From NCBI RefSeq assembly GCF_006345805.1, contig NW_021836612.1, positions 1-23,450 of the forward strand: DNA of 23,450 nucleotides. Reading direction: 5' to 3'. Shown one piece after another: positions 11,366 through 21,904 of the stretch. Below the pieces are notes generated by a model, which was not told the origin of the DNA, ran no database searches, and saw only the letters and a list, made by a program, of their open reading frames with translations. Position 1 is the first letter of the stretch, and each line of letters starts with the position of its first letter. Source of the stretch: Octopus sinensis (lineage: Eukaryota). The position numbers were made by a program, and so were the translations under genes.

Positions 11366-11808
11366 CTCTTCAGTGGTACCTTCCTACCTGCAGTGTTATA
11401 CGCAAATGAGACGTGGGCTGCTACGAACAGCATAGAACATCGATTGGTGGCCACGAAAGGGTCATCCGTGGAAAGATCCATGCTTGAAATATCATTACCA
11501 GAGCATGTCCTAAGTGAAAAACTTCGCGAACGAAGCGAAAAGAACGATGTGATCGGAGAATTCTGAAATCTCAAGTTCCGCTGGGCCGCACATATTTCGA
11601 GGTTCACAGACAACAGATGGACCCATGCAGTTTCCGAGAGCTATCCAAGAAACTAGGAAATGCTAGTTGGAAGGCCTCCACGTCGATGGTAAGACGATCT
11701 AGATAAGCATTTGGGGTCAAGATTCAAAAGACAGAACTAGAAGGGCATTGTGACCAGCGATGAATAACATCATCTGATACTGTAATACTGGTTGATACTG
11801 TGATATTG
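11366..11808 (+). mobile_element. RTE-clade LINE, decayed 3' end of ORF2 (post-RT C-terminal region)
   Basis: Translates LFSGTFLPAVLYANETWAAT...VERSMLEISL... and, after frameshift(s), KFRWAAHISRFTDNRWTHAV...GRPPRRW*. These match the typical RTE motifs LY(A/G)xETW, RWAGH and GRPxxRW. In-frame stops and a short GATACT-like repeat tail are present. Confidence 0.88.
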
Positions 11809-12067
11809 CGATATTCATATAATCATTCTTTTATTCTTTTACTTGTTTGTCGTTTTGACAGCGGCCGTGCTGGAGCACCACCTTTTATTCAAAAAAACTT
11901 GACACCAGGGCATATTTTTTGTAAACCTAGTACTTATTCTATCATTCTGTTTTGCCGAACCACTACGTTACAGGGACGTAAACAAACCAACTTCGGTTGT
12001 CAGTCGCTAGTGGTGGGGACAAACACAGACGCACAAATACATACATGCATATTAGCCACTACACACA

Positions 12068-12238
12068 TCTTTTTCTCTCCTTTTCTTTCTCTCCTTGTTT
12101 TCTGTGTCCCTTTCTGTAGAAGAGCGTAGGCTCGAAACGTAAAAGACTTTTTCTATTCCTGAGCGTTATACTAACACATCTGTTTGTTTTGTACACCACC
12201 TGTTTTCGTCTTTTGTTTTCTTCGTAAACTCTCCCTCT
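12068..12238 (+). mobile_element. Probable Penelope-like terminal fragment carrying a hammerhead-like motif
   Basis: Hammerhead-like fold at 12106-12147. Its end TTCGTAAACTCTCCCT+(AT)n recurs as TTCGTAAACTTTCCCT+(AT)n at about 10780-10795, so it is a repeat family terminus. Confidence 0.55.
12106..12147 (+). ncRNA. Minimal type-I hammerhead-ribozyme-like motif (core variant A6U)
   Basis: GUC(CC)UUU - CUGuAGA - A - GAGC[GUAG]GCUC - GAAA - CGUA - AAAGAC. Helices I and II pair, and helix III is the ACGU palindrome. Confidence 0.5.
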
Positions 12239-12338
12239 CTATATATATATATATACGTGTGTGTGTGTGTGTGTGTGTATGTGTGTGTGTATGTGTGTGG
12301 GTGTGCGTGTATGTATATATGTATGTATGTGTATGTAT

Positions 12339-12388
<50 letters not shown>

Positions 12389-12587
12389 TATATATATATA
12401 TACGACAGGCTTCTTTCACTTTCCGTCTACCTAATCCACTCACAAGGCTTTAGTCGGCCCAGGGCTATAGTAGAAGCCACTTGCCCAAGTTGCCATGCAG
12501 TGGGACTGAACTCTGGAACCACGTAATTGGTAAACAAGCTTCTTACTTCTGCGCCTATATATACATACATACACATATATATAATAT

Positions 12588-12631
<44 letters not shown>

Positions 12632-13410
12632 CTAATATATATATATATAATAATAATATATATTTCTCAAGGAAAATCTCGCCAACTGTTTTGTTCCAAT
12701 TGTTTCATTTAGAAAATATTGCAAAACACCATACATACTCCAAATATCTCTCATATATCCTACTCATCCCCTCATCGTAGCAAATTCTATCCTTCCTTTT
12801 AGACATCTTTTATATTCATTATTCAATAACTTCTTGACGCCATCTTGATTATAAAAACTTTTTTTAAAATTTGGTTCCTTTTAAGGACATTTATTTGTTA
12901 CTGATGTTTTTTTTATTTCTCCATGTGTATGTGTATCCGCTTGATAATTGTATTTTTTATAGTTTTCTTCTTTTTTTTTCTCATGGGTTATGTGTTCATC
13001 AGATGTTGTTGTTGTTGCTTTTCATGTTACCTTTTCCCGCCTTTTTCCTATTTCGTTGTTGGTATTTCAAGGTCAATCAATAACTGTGAAGTTTGATAAT
13101 TCATCTTGTAATTCCTCGCTGGATATAGTAGTAGTAGTAGTAGTAGTAGTAGTAATAGTGGTAGTACTTCTTTTTCTTCTTCTAACTGTTGTCGTTGTTG
13201 TTGATCAATTAGTTGATGTTAGTGTTGTAAGTAATGGTGGCTTTTTACCGTTCATAGTTATGTTTTGTGTTGATGATGATGATGATGACGACGACGACGA
13301 CGATCACCCCACGATGATGATGAGAAGGAGGAGGTGTGTGGAAGGAATGTTGGTGGTATTTTATCCTTGTTATCTTCACAATTTTCCTATTTATATTGTC
13401 ATTGTTTTAA

Positions 13411-13447
<37 letters not shown>

Positions 13448-13876
13448 TCTCTTTCTCTATTCCAAACAAAATACCTATGAACTAAGGCACTCGAAAAGGG
13501 CCAACCACCCTGTTTTCTCTTTGGGAAATTATATATTACGACCAAACCTACTGAGCCGTTTTATTGTTATACATTTAGGTATGTTTAGCTGCTATTTCAG
13601 CAAGGTGGTCTTACAAAATGGAAGAAGTTTGTACAGAGATTGTGTTTTATTACTGTTCGTCTGTTGATGTTACTGTTGTTGTTGTTGTTGTTGTCTTAAA
13701 TAGCGATGATATTGCTTGGAAATCTTTCGTTCTCGTTGCGAACGTTGTTGTAGTTTTACTTGCAACGTTCACAACGATGCGAAGATTGGCACACGTTGGT
13801 GTTGTTGCTGGTGTATATAGTCTTCGTATCTACATTTACGTCTTTTCTGCTCAGCATCAGAATTAGTAGGCAAGGT

Positions 13877-13962
<86 letters not shown>
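13877..13962. repeat. (CAG)n grading into (TAG)n
   Basis: Direct reading; a similar array occurs at about 15338-15430. Confidence 0.95.
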
Positions 13963-13964
<2 letters not shown>

Positions 13965-14084
13965 TTATTGATTACATTGAAAGTAATGTAATGTGGTTGT
14001 TGGTGATCGTGGTAGTCACTACTGCCTCTCTCTCACATATGGTATGTGTGTATGCGTGAATATGTATCGGTGTATATGTGTATG

Positions 14085-14132
<48 letters not shown>

Positions 14133-14449
14133 GTGTGGTACGTGCAAGTGTAAATATACATATATAATATATATATATATATAGATATATATATATCCAT
14201 GTATGTATGAATATATATATATATATAATATATATATATCCATTCATGCATATATATATATATGTATATGTATGTATATACATACGTACGTAGTAATTTG
14301 CATTCTTCAAAGACAAGTCCTTTGTTCCGTTATTTATGTGTTGCCTTTGTGCTCTCCTTTGTTTCATGTTGTTTTTATTATTGTTATTATGTTATGTTGT
14401 TGTTGTTACTCTTTGTTTTTGTTCTTCTTTAATATTATTATTCTTGTTG

Positions 14450-14452
14450 ATG

Positions 14453-14513
<61 letters not shown>

Positions 14514-14539
14514 CATCATCATCATCATCAGTATAATCG

Positions 14540-14574
<35 letters not shown>

Positions 14575-14608
14575 GTCATTATTATTAATATTATTATTAT
14601 TATTATTA

Positions 14609-14647
<39 letters not shown>

Positions 14648-14714
14648 TAATCTTATTATATATTTTATTCGTTACGGATTAGACATATAAACTGTTTTTA
14701 TGATTGTTAACACC

Positions 14715-14781
<67 letters not shown>

Positions 14782-14852
14782 TATTATCATATTGTTTTTA
14801 TTATTGTTATTATTATTATTATTATCATTATTATTATTATTATTATTATTAT

Positions 14853-14896
<44 letters not shown>

Positions 14897-14973
14897 TTAC
14901 TATTGTTGTTGTTATTATTATTATTATTACTATTGTTGCTGTTGATGTTATTATTATTATTATTATTATTATG

Positions 14974-15011
<38 letters not shown>

Positions 15012-15230
15012 CATCATATTTATTATCATCATCATTATCGCTATCATCATCATTTTTGTTATTATTATTAATTCCGTTATATGGTCGCCATTGATCTTTC
15101 TTTTATGTTTATCTTTGGTGTGGCTGATGTATTGCTTTTGTTTTATTAATATTTTCGTTATTGTTTTTGCTGGTGTTATTCATGACTGTTGTTGTTATTG
15201 TTGTTGTTGTTGTTGCTGTTGTTGTTGTTT
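14450..15230. repeat. Compound (TTA)/(TCA)/(TAG)/(TTG)n arrays
   Basis: Direct reading; source of the poly-I/L ORFs. Confidence 0.95.
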
Positions 15231-15371
15231 TCCTTGTTGCTCTTATTCTTCACGGTTTATATTTGTTGCTGTTCCCTGAAACACTATCCGTCTTTTATTC
15301 TCATTTTGTGTGTGAGTTGGTTACCATATTTCATTGGCTGCAGCAGCAGCAGCAGAAGCAGTAGTAGTAGC

Positions 15372-15403
<32 letters not shown>

Positions 15404-15560
15404 CAGTAGTAGTAGTAGTAGTAGTAGTAGAAGATGCTGTTGTTTTGTTGTAGTTGTCGTTTTTGTTAATATTGTAGTCGCCGTCATTTAAATTTTTGAA
15501 TCAGGTAAAAATCCGCTGTCTAAGGAGAGGGAAGTCGATCTTACAGGTAAGTAGATATTC

Positions 15561-15750
15561 TGGTCGATGGCTTAGCGGTATTTTGTCTGCCGTTATGTAC
15601 TGAGTTCAAACTCCACCGAGGTCGACTTTGCCTTTCATCCTTTCGGGGTCGATTAAATAAGTACCAGTTACGCACTGGGGTCGGTGTAATCGACTGAAAA
15701 TCTTTGTCCCCTCCATGTTTAGCCCCGTGTAGGCAATAAAGAAAGAAATA
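15561..15750 (+). mobile_element. SINE family A, well-preserved, 5'-clipped copy
   Basis: GCTTAGCGGTATTTTGTCTGCCGTT..CTGAGTTCAAACTCCACCGAGGTCGACTTTGCCTTTCATCCTTTCGGGGTCGATTAAATAAGTACCAG. The core resembles my recollection of the MetaSINE central domain (unverified). Confidence 0.9.
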
Positions 15751-15869
15751 TTTTGCAAAAAAAAATAGTTGTTATGAGTATTTGCATACAGAGAAAGAAA
15801 TAGCTTTGTTTAGGATGATGAAGAATAAAGCGAGGATGATTTACAAATAACGAATAATTTTGTGTAAAT

Positions 15870-16217
15870 AGAAGAATGCTTTGTACAATCTTGAAAGAAT
15901 ATTGAGGCGTGCGATGTCCATAATTGTACAATCGCAGTCTGTGATAAATGAGAAACTGCTTCGTGAGATTTGGACCGAGCAACTGAGTTTTGTTGGTTTT
16001 GTGATGAGGAAAGAGGACGTGAAGAATTTAGCGAATTTATCGATGAGTGGAAAGAAAGATTGAAAGGAAAAGAAATACCGGAAAGAGAAACGAACTGTTT
16101 GGAAGGAAGAGGCATTAAACATGAGTGAGTGGAAGTGCTACGTAAAATAAAGAACAGAGACTTGTGGAGAGATATGGCACATTCTGGACATGACACCTGA
16201 AGAATAAAGAAGAAGAA
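15870..16217 (+). mobile_element. RTE-clade LINE, decayed extreme 3' end with (GAA)n tail
   Basis: RRML..., KLLREIWTEQLSFVGFVMRKEDVKNL...SGK (compare typical RQLxFxGHVMRK), and EVLRKIKNRDLWRDMAHSGHDT* (stop 16198-16200), followed by AGAATAAAGAAGAAGAA. Confidence 0.8.
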
Positions 16218-16917
16218 TTCTCCTATCAGAAAGCAGGTGTTTGTTTTATATTGTTTATTAAACAGTTGATGGCTGAATAATTGTAATTTCCTTGAATTTA
16301 TAATCAACAAATGCTGATAAAATATATAGGCGTCATCTACAAAATAACAACGGCACAAGAGCGAGTGAGGCGGGTGAGCGCAGCCGTTTGGATACTGATG
16401 ACAATGGCAAGGATCTTCAATGTCAAGCCTTTTAGCGCTGGAAGTAATCATAAATACACCTGCGTGCACAAAAATATGCACATAAAAATAGAAGGAATGA
16501 GAGTGAAAGAGGCGGCAAGAGAGACATTACGATTTAAAAATTGAACACGACTGACACATGAACATGATTCTCTCATACGCAATCATGCTCCCACAGATAA
16601 AGAGAAAAGAGAGACAGAGAGAAAGATAGAATGGGGTTGAGAACGAGAGAAGCATTAAAATGTCTGATGTCAGATAAGTCAGCATCGATTCAGCGACACC
16701 AAAACGTCTCGCACCTCAACAGCACATATCAGATATTGTACCCATAAGTAATATACACAATAAGATGGTGTCACCCTAAATGTATTAATTACTAAATGAA
16801 ATAACACAAAAAGATTCTGTTCATTTATTAGGTTAGTTACCCATAAAATTAGCTCTGCTAATTATTACTAAGCATATTACATTAGACACCCATTTAAATA
16901 GTACTATGTTAATTATT

Positions 16918-17120
16918 GTGAAGGCGCGTCGCTAGATCGTGAGTTCGATTTCTAAACCATGTGTTAGTTTCTTGAGCGTAAACATCATTTCACATAACTC
17001 CAGTCCGCTCGGCTGTAAGCGGATCACCCTCCGACGAACCAATCGGAGAGAATGTTGATGTGTTCGCCAAACCAGCGGAGTGGCTTCGTTCAATGGTTTA
17101 AGCAATGCAAAGCTCATAGT
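16918..17120 (+). mobile_element. tRNA-derived SINE family C, copy with A-box deletion
   Basis: GTGAAGGCGCGT...GTGAGTTCGATT...TCTTGAGC...ATTTCAC..CTCCAGTCCGCTCGGCTG is homologous to the head of the minus copy at 17125-17453. Confidence 0.65.
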
Positions 17121-17124
17121 GGCC

Positions 17125-17453
17125 AGTCTAAAGACTCCGCCGGTTACGACGACGAGGGTCCCAGCTGATCCGATCAACGGAACAGCTTGCTCGTGAAATT
17201 AACGTGCAAATGGCTGAGCATTCCACAGACACGTGTACCCTTAACGTAGTTCTCGGGGATAATCAGCGTGACACAGAGAGTGACAAGGCTGACCCTTTGA
17301 AATACAAGTACAACTCATTTTTGCCAGCTGAGTGGACTGGAGCAACGTGAAATAAAGTGTCTTGCTCAAGGACACAACGCGTCGCCGGGAATCGAACTCA
17401 CAACCTTACGATCATGAGCCGAATGCCCTAACCACTAAGCCACGCGCCCTCAC
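17125..17453 (-). mobile_element. tRNA-derived SINE family C, full length and well preserved
   Basis: Minus strand: GTGAGGGCGCGTGGCTTAGTGG (A box 17432-17442), GAGTTCGATTC (B box 17389-17399), CORE-like GTCCTTGAGCAAGACAC, then a unique 3' region. Confidence 0.88.
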
Positions 17454-17883
17454 TTGTGGCCAGTGATGTATATCCGATAGACAGATCGATCGTTACGTCA
17501 CGTGATATTAAGTAGCACGTGTATGTTACAATAGATATTTATCAAAACAGACGCTAACAAGATATTAATAATAAATCAAATATTAAGAGGAAGCGGAATG
17601 GTTATTCTTTTATCCGAAAAGTGTGGCGTTGTGATATTTATATTATAAACATTATTACTAAGACCATACGTATAGTAATAATGCTCATCGGCGCCAGCAA
17701 TAAGCAGCAGCAACACCAAAAACATCATCGTCTTCATCGTCGCCGCCATGAACATCGTCGTACAATTCATCGTCCTCACCCGTTCTCATCGTTATGACCA
17801 TCACCATCATCATTATCGTTGTTGTTGTTGTTGCGTTCATCCCCATCACCATCATCATCATCATCATCACAATTATCATTTTT

Positions 17884-18050
17884 GTCCGTCTTGACGTTCT
17901 GAGTTCAAATTCTGCCGAGGTCGACTTTGCCTTTCATCCCGTTCGTAATCGATAAAGTATATACCAGATGAGCGCCGGGGTGGGGGGATCGATGTAAACG
18001 ACTTAGCCCCCTCTCCAACAAGTGCTGGCCTTGTGCCAAAATTTCAAACC
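17884..18050 (+). mobile_element. SINE family A, 5'-clipped copy
   Basis: GACGTTCTGAGTTCAAATTCTGCCGAGGTCGACTTTGCCTTTCATCC...GGCCTTGTGCCAAAATTT. Confidence 0.88.
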
Positions 18051-18167
18051 ATAGTTGTTGTTGTTGTTATTTTTACCATCATCATCATCAGCAGTAGCAC
18101 TATCATCTTCATCTTCATCATCATTATTATTATTATCCATACTTGTAGATTGTAACAATCGCGCTCA

Positions 18168-18290
18168 GTATAGGCACAGGTCCATAAATCTTGTGTGTGT
18201 GGAGAGGGGAGGGGTTAAGCCGATTAAATTCGTCCTCAATGCTAGCGCTTTACTTATCAACGCAATCGCCGATCAAAGAAGGACACATAT
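18168..18290 (-). mobile_element. SINE family A degenerate 3' fragment
   Basis: TAGGCACAGG...GGGGTTAAGCCGATTA...ACTTAT resembles the reverse complement of the family 3' half. Confidence 0.45.
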
Positions 18291-18319
18291 GACTAAGAAT
18301 GTAAAAATCTGCATATGAC

Positions 18320-18328
18320 ATAATAATA

Positions 18329-18418
<90 letters not shown>

Positions 18419-18420
18419 TC
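18320..18420. repeat. (AAT)n microsatellite
   Basis: Direct reading; it continues at 18791-18926 on the other side of the HINE-like element. Confidence 0.97.
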
Positions 18421-18423
18421 AAT

Positions 18424-18786
18424 AAGAGAACTCAGAGAGCGGAAACCTCTGCCAGGGCAACACCAGCGTGCTCTTAACGATTAACCGGAAATGATTTTTA
18501 AAATGAGAATGTCTGAAATAAACTCGACTGCTCTCACAAACGAGAATGCTAAAAATGAACCCGACCGCTCTCAAAAATTATGTAAAAAAAAAAACGGAAG
18601 AATAATCCAGAATCATTTTCCGGTATCTGATCGATCCCAAAATCTAATCAGTTCGTGCTAGTCACGAGGCCAAACATCCCCGAAAGTTTCATCCGATCCA
18701 TCCAGCAGATGTTGATATATCTTGCCCACGGACAAACAAACAAACAAACACGACTGAAAACAATACCTCCACCTTTGCTAAAGCGG

Positions 18787-18790
<4 letters not shown>
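18424..18790. mobile_element. Non-autonomous Helentron-associated (HINE/DINE-1-like) element
   Basis: Terminal imperfect hairpin ACCTCCACCTTT-GCT-AAAGCGGTGGT (18765-18790), related AACCTCTGCC motif near the other end, internal (ACAA)n, no ORF, embedded in an AAT array. Classification is inferred from this architecture. Confidence 0.6.
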
Positions 18791-18842
<52 letters not shown>

Positions 18843-18864
18843 TAATAATAATAATAATAATGAC

Positions 18865-18927
<63 letters not shown>

Positions 18928-19265
18928 CTAAGTAGATCAATGAAAAATGTTAATTGATGCTATAACTTAAAGCTTGTTATTGAATTCTATGGTGTTTTGG
19001 TTGTCCGGATACTTCTAGAAACGTTTCGCAATTTGGAAATGATCACGTGTCTATGTTTAAGAGGAATTTCTCAATAGTGCAGATGAACTGTGCAGAACCA
19101 TCCGTCATCCAACAAATCGATTCCCATTTTGTGTCTTCATTTTAACGCATCGATAATTTCTCTAAAATCCTTGCTGTCTCCGCGTTGATAGCGTTCACTT
19201 ATTGGTTTGGCCTCTGTACCAAGCAGATATACACAAACTCTGTGTGTGTGTGTATGTGTGTGTGT

Positions 19266-19304
<39 letters not shown>

Positions 19305-19420
19305 GTGCGTGTGGAAGTATGGAGAATGATCAGGTTTTTAGTGGGTAAGCAAACATTTTTCATGGGAATTTAGACAGCATTCACGGGGTGGGCCTTTACA
19401 CATACCTGTGACCCGTTGCA

Positions 19421-19628
19421 TATGTTTCAGTCATTAGACTACGACCATCCTGGGGCACCACCTTCAGGAATTTTAGTCGAATGAATCGACCACAGTAATT
19501 ATTTCTTCTACGCCAGGTGCTTATTCAGTCAGTTTCATTTGACGAACCGCTAAGTCGAAGGACGTAAACACACCAAAACCAGCTGTCAAGCGTTTACTGG
19601 GAAGAAACACAGGCGGAAACCCAAACAC

Positions 19629-19715
<87 letters not shown>

Positions 19716-19716
19716 C

Positions 19717-19753
<37 letters not shown>

Positions 19754-19914
19754 TATGACGGTATTCTTTCAGTTTCCCTTTACCAAATTCCCTCACAAGG
19801 CCTTGGTCGGCCCAAGGCTATAGTAAGAGGCACTTGACCAACGTGCCTCGCCGTAGGACTGAATCCGGAGCCATTTGGCTTCGAAGAAAACTTTTACCAC
19901 ACAGCCACGCCTGC
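19421..19914 (-). mobile_element. SINE family B, full length with expanded internal (CA)/(TA) microsatellite
   Basis: TGTTTCAGTCATTAGACT (3' end), CACAAGGCCTTGGTCGGCCC, GGACTGAATCC, TTACCACACAGCCACGCCTG (head); microsatellite at about 19626-19756. Confidence 0.88.
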
Positions 19915-20001
19915 AAACATAATAAAACGTATAGGCAGACAGAAGCACACACAGATACACATCAACATACATAAGCACACGCGATCATGTTTATATATAT
20001 G

Positions 20002-20052
<51 letters not shown>

Positions 20053-20589
20053 CATATACGTATATCTATACTTTATTTTCATCAAAGACAGTGTACCGTT
20101 CCCTTGCCATTCAATAATTCATATACATAAATAAGCACATATACAAACGCATACACATACAGACACACACATATGTATATATCTAGTGTCTTGGGAGGGT
20201 CATTATGCCAATAAAAATATGCACACGCACTGGTTCAAAATCACTTCTTAATCGTCTGAATCGTCTAAATAACTAGCCAAATAACTAATCCGTCGTTAGT
20301 TTAAGGTATTGGTTCAGCAATCAAATCGTTTTTATTGCTTGTGAATTTGTGAATGTCATTTCGTCACTATTCGCAACTTCACCAATTCATATATGTACAT
20401 GTATGTATGTGTGTGGAAGTGTATGTATGAGTGTGTGTATGCGTGTGTGTGCCTCTTGGTGAGATAAAACTTGCATCGTATTCACTTTGTTTATCTTTCA
20501 AAGGCAAAGTTAAAAGTTATATTTATGAACATACGTGTGCCGTACATTTAAAACCACCCAGAAATCGCCGAGAAGTGCATTAAATACAC

Positions 20590-20712
20590 GCACACACACT
20601 CACACACACACATGCACATGCACATACACACACAATCACACACACACATACATATACACACAGGCATACATATACAAACAAACTGCACGCACAACACATA
20701 TACATATGGTAC

Positions 20713-20751
<39 letters not shown>

Positions 20752-20755
20752 TATA

Positions 20756-20808
<53 letters not shown>

Positions 20809-20860
20809 CATACATATATATACATATATATACATATACATATACATATACATATGAATA
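20590..20860. repeat. (CA)/(TA) compound array
   Basis: Direct reading. Confidence 0.93.
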
Positions 20861-21149
20861 TAAACATTTCGTATTTGGTCGGCAGTAAGCAATAACGTGA
20901 TTGGAAAAGAAGAAGGAAGTAGGTTAATTAAATGTGGAGATGCAAATGTTTTACTGCACACACTGGGTACGGGTGGGAACCCATTGCTGTGACGTCTTCC
21001 ATCCTTGCTCTCGCTACAATTGTTATTTCTGTGCTAACGTCACCTAATTAAATTTCATTGCCAATTGATGTTGATTACGCTTTCACTTCTTTTAATTACA
21101 TTTATGTTCGGGTTGCTTTCTTTTTTTTTTCTTTTTTTTTTGTAAGAGT

Positions 21150-21354
21150 GCTATCATTATTATCGTCATTGTCGACTTCGTCCTCTTCATCATCGTCATT
21201 ATTTTCATCATTTTCATCATTGAAGTCGTTATCGTCGCCATCAACGTTCTCGTCATCAGCATTATCAATAACATCATCATCATCATCGTCCTTCAGTATC
21301 TTCATCGTCGTCATCGTCATCGTCATCATCATCCTCATCATCACCACCACCATT

Positions 21355-21386
<32 letters not shown>

Positions 21387-21420
21387 CATCATCATCATCA
21401 TCATCATCCTCGTCGTCACT
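21150..21420. repeat. (CAT)/(CGT)/(GAT) compound array containing a 46 bp perfect palindrome
   Basis: The (GAT)n-GATC-(ATC)n palindrome spans 21363-21408. Confidence 0.93.
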
Positions 21421-21904
21421 GTCGCTCTGTTTATTGATACAGAGTTGATTGGTTTGTAAGTTAACCTATTACACATCAAACCGCAACAAAAAAAACAGCC
21501 AACAACAACAAGAACATCAACCACAAAATCCACGTATATTTAACTTCCCAGTTCTTCCAGTTGTTGTTTTTTATACTTTTCTTTTCATGTTGTTTTCATT
21601 GTTGCTCTTCGTTTTTTTTTTTATTTGCAATTATTGTTATCGTTATTTTTATCGTTTACTTATTGAATATTGTGAATTCAGAGAAAATTTTTACATATTT
21701 CTGAATTATTCCACGGACATCTCACGCATCATTATGGTGGCTGTAACAATATGGATGTACAATAAATAGTATCATCGTGGCCCGGACGCTTTTAATATCA
21801 TTTTCCTTTTATTACAATGACACTTCGTTCTGGTGAAGACAGATTAAGATCGAAACGTAATGAACAGCTGAATGAATATCCATGGAATTGAGGACATGAG
21901 GGAA

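Larger units (their letters stand above)
11825..12556 (-). mobile_element. SINE family B, full length, with a nested insertion in its internal microsatellite
   Basis: 3' half at 11825-12050 (GCGGCCGTGCTGGAGCACC, GGACGTAAAC) and 5' half at 12401-12556 (CACAAGGCTTTAGTCGGCCC, CTTGCCCAAG, GGGACTGAAC) are collinear with the reverse complement of 3771-4130. Confidence 0.88.

Noticed and set aside
15810-16481. 223-aa minus-strand ORF
   Set aside because: Largely the antisense of the RTE fragment plus flanks; no recognisable motif.
5318-16858. Shared AAAAT(T)TAGCTCTGC at 5318 and 16845
   Set aside because: Only 10 exact bases plus an A-run, and the flanks are unrelated; compatible with chance.
3771-17453. 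tRNA-like A/B boxes (for example 3776-3828 and 17389-17442)
   Set aside because: They are SINE heads with no complete cloverleaf, so they are not tRNA genes.
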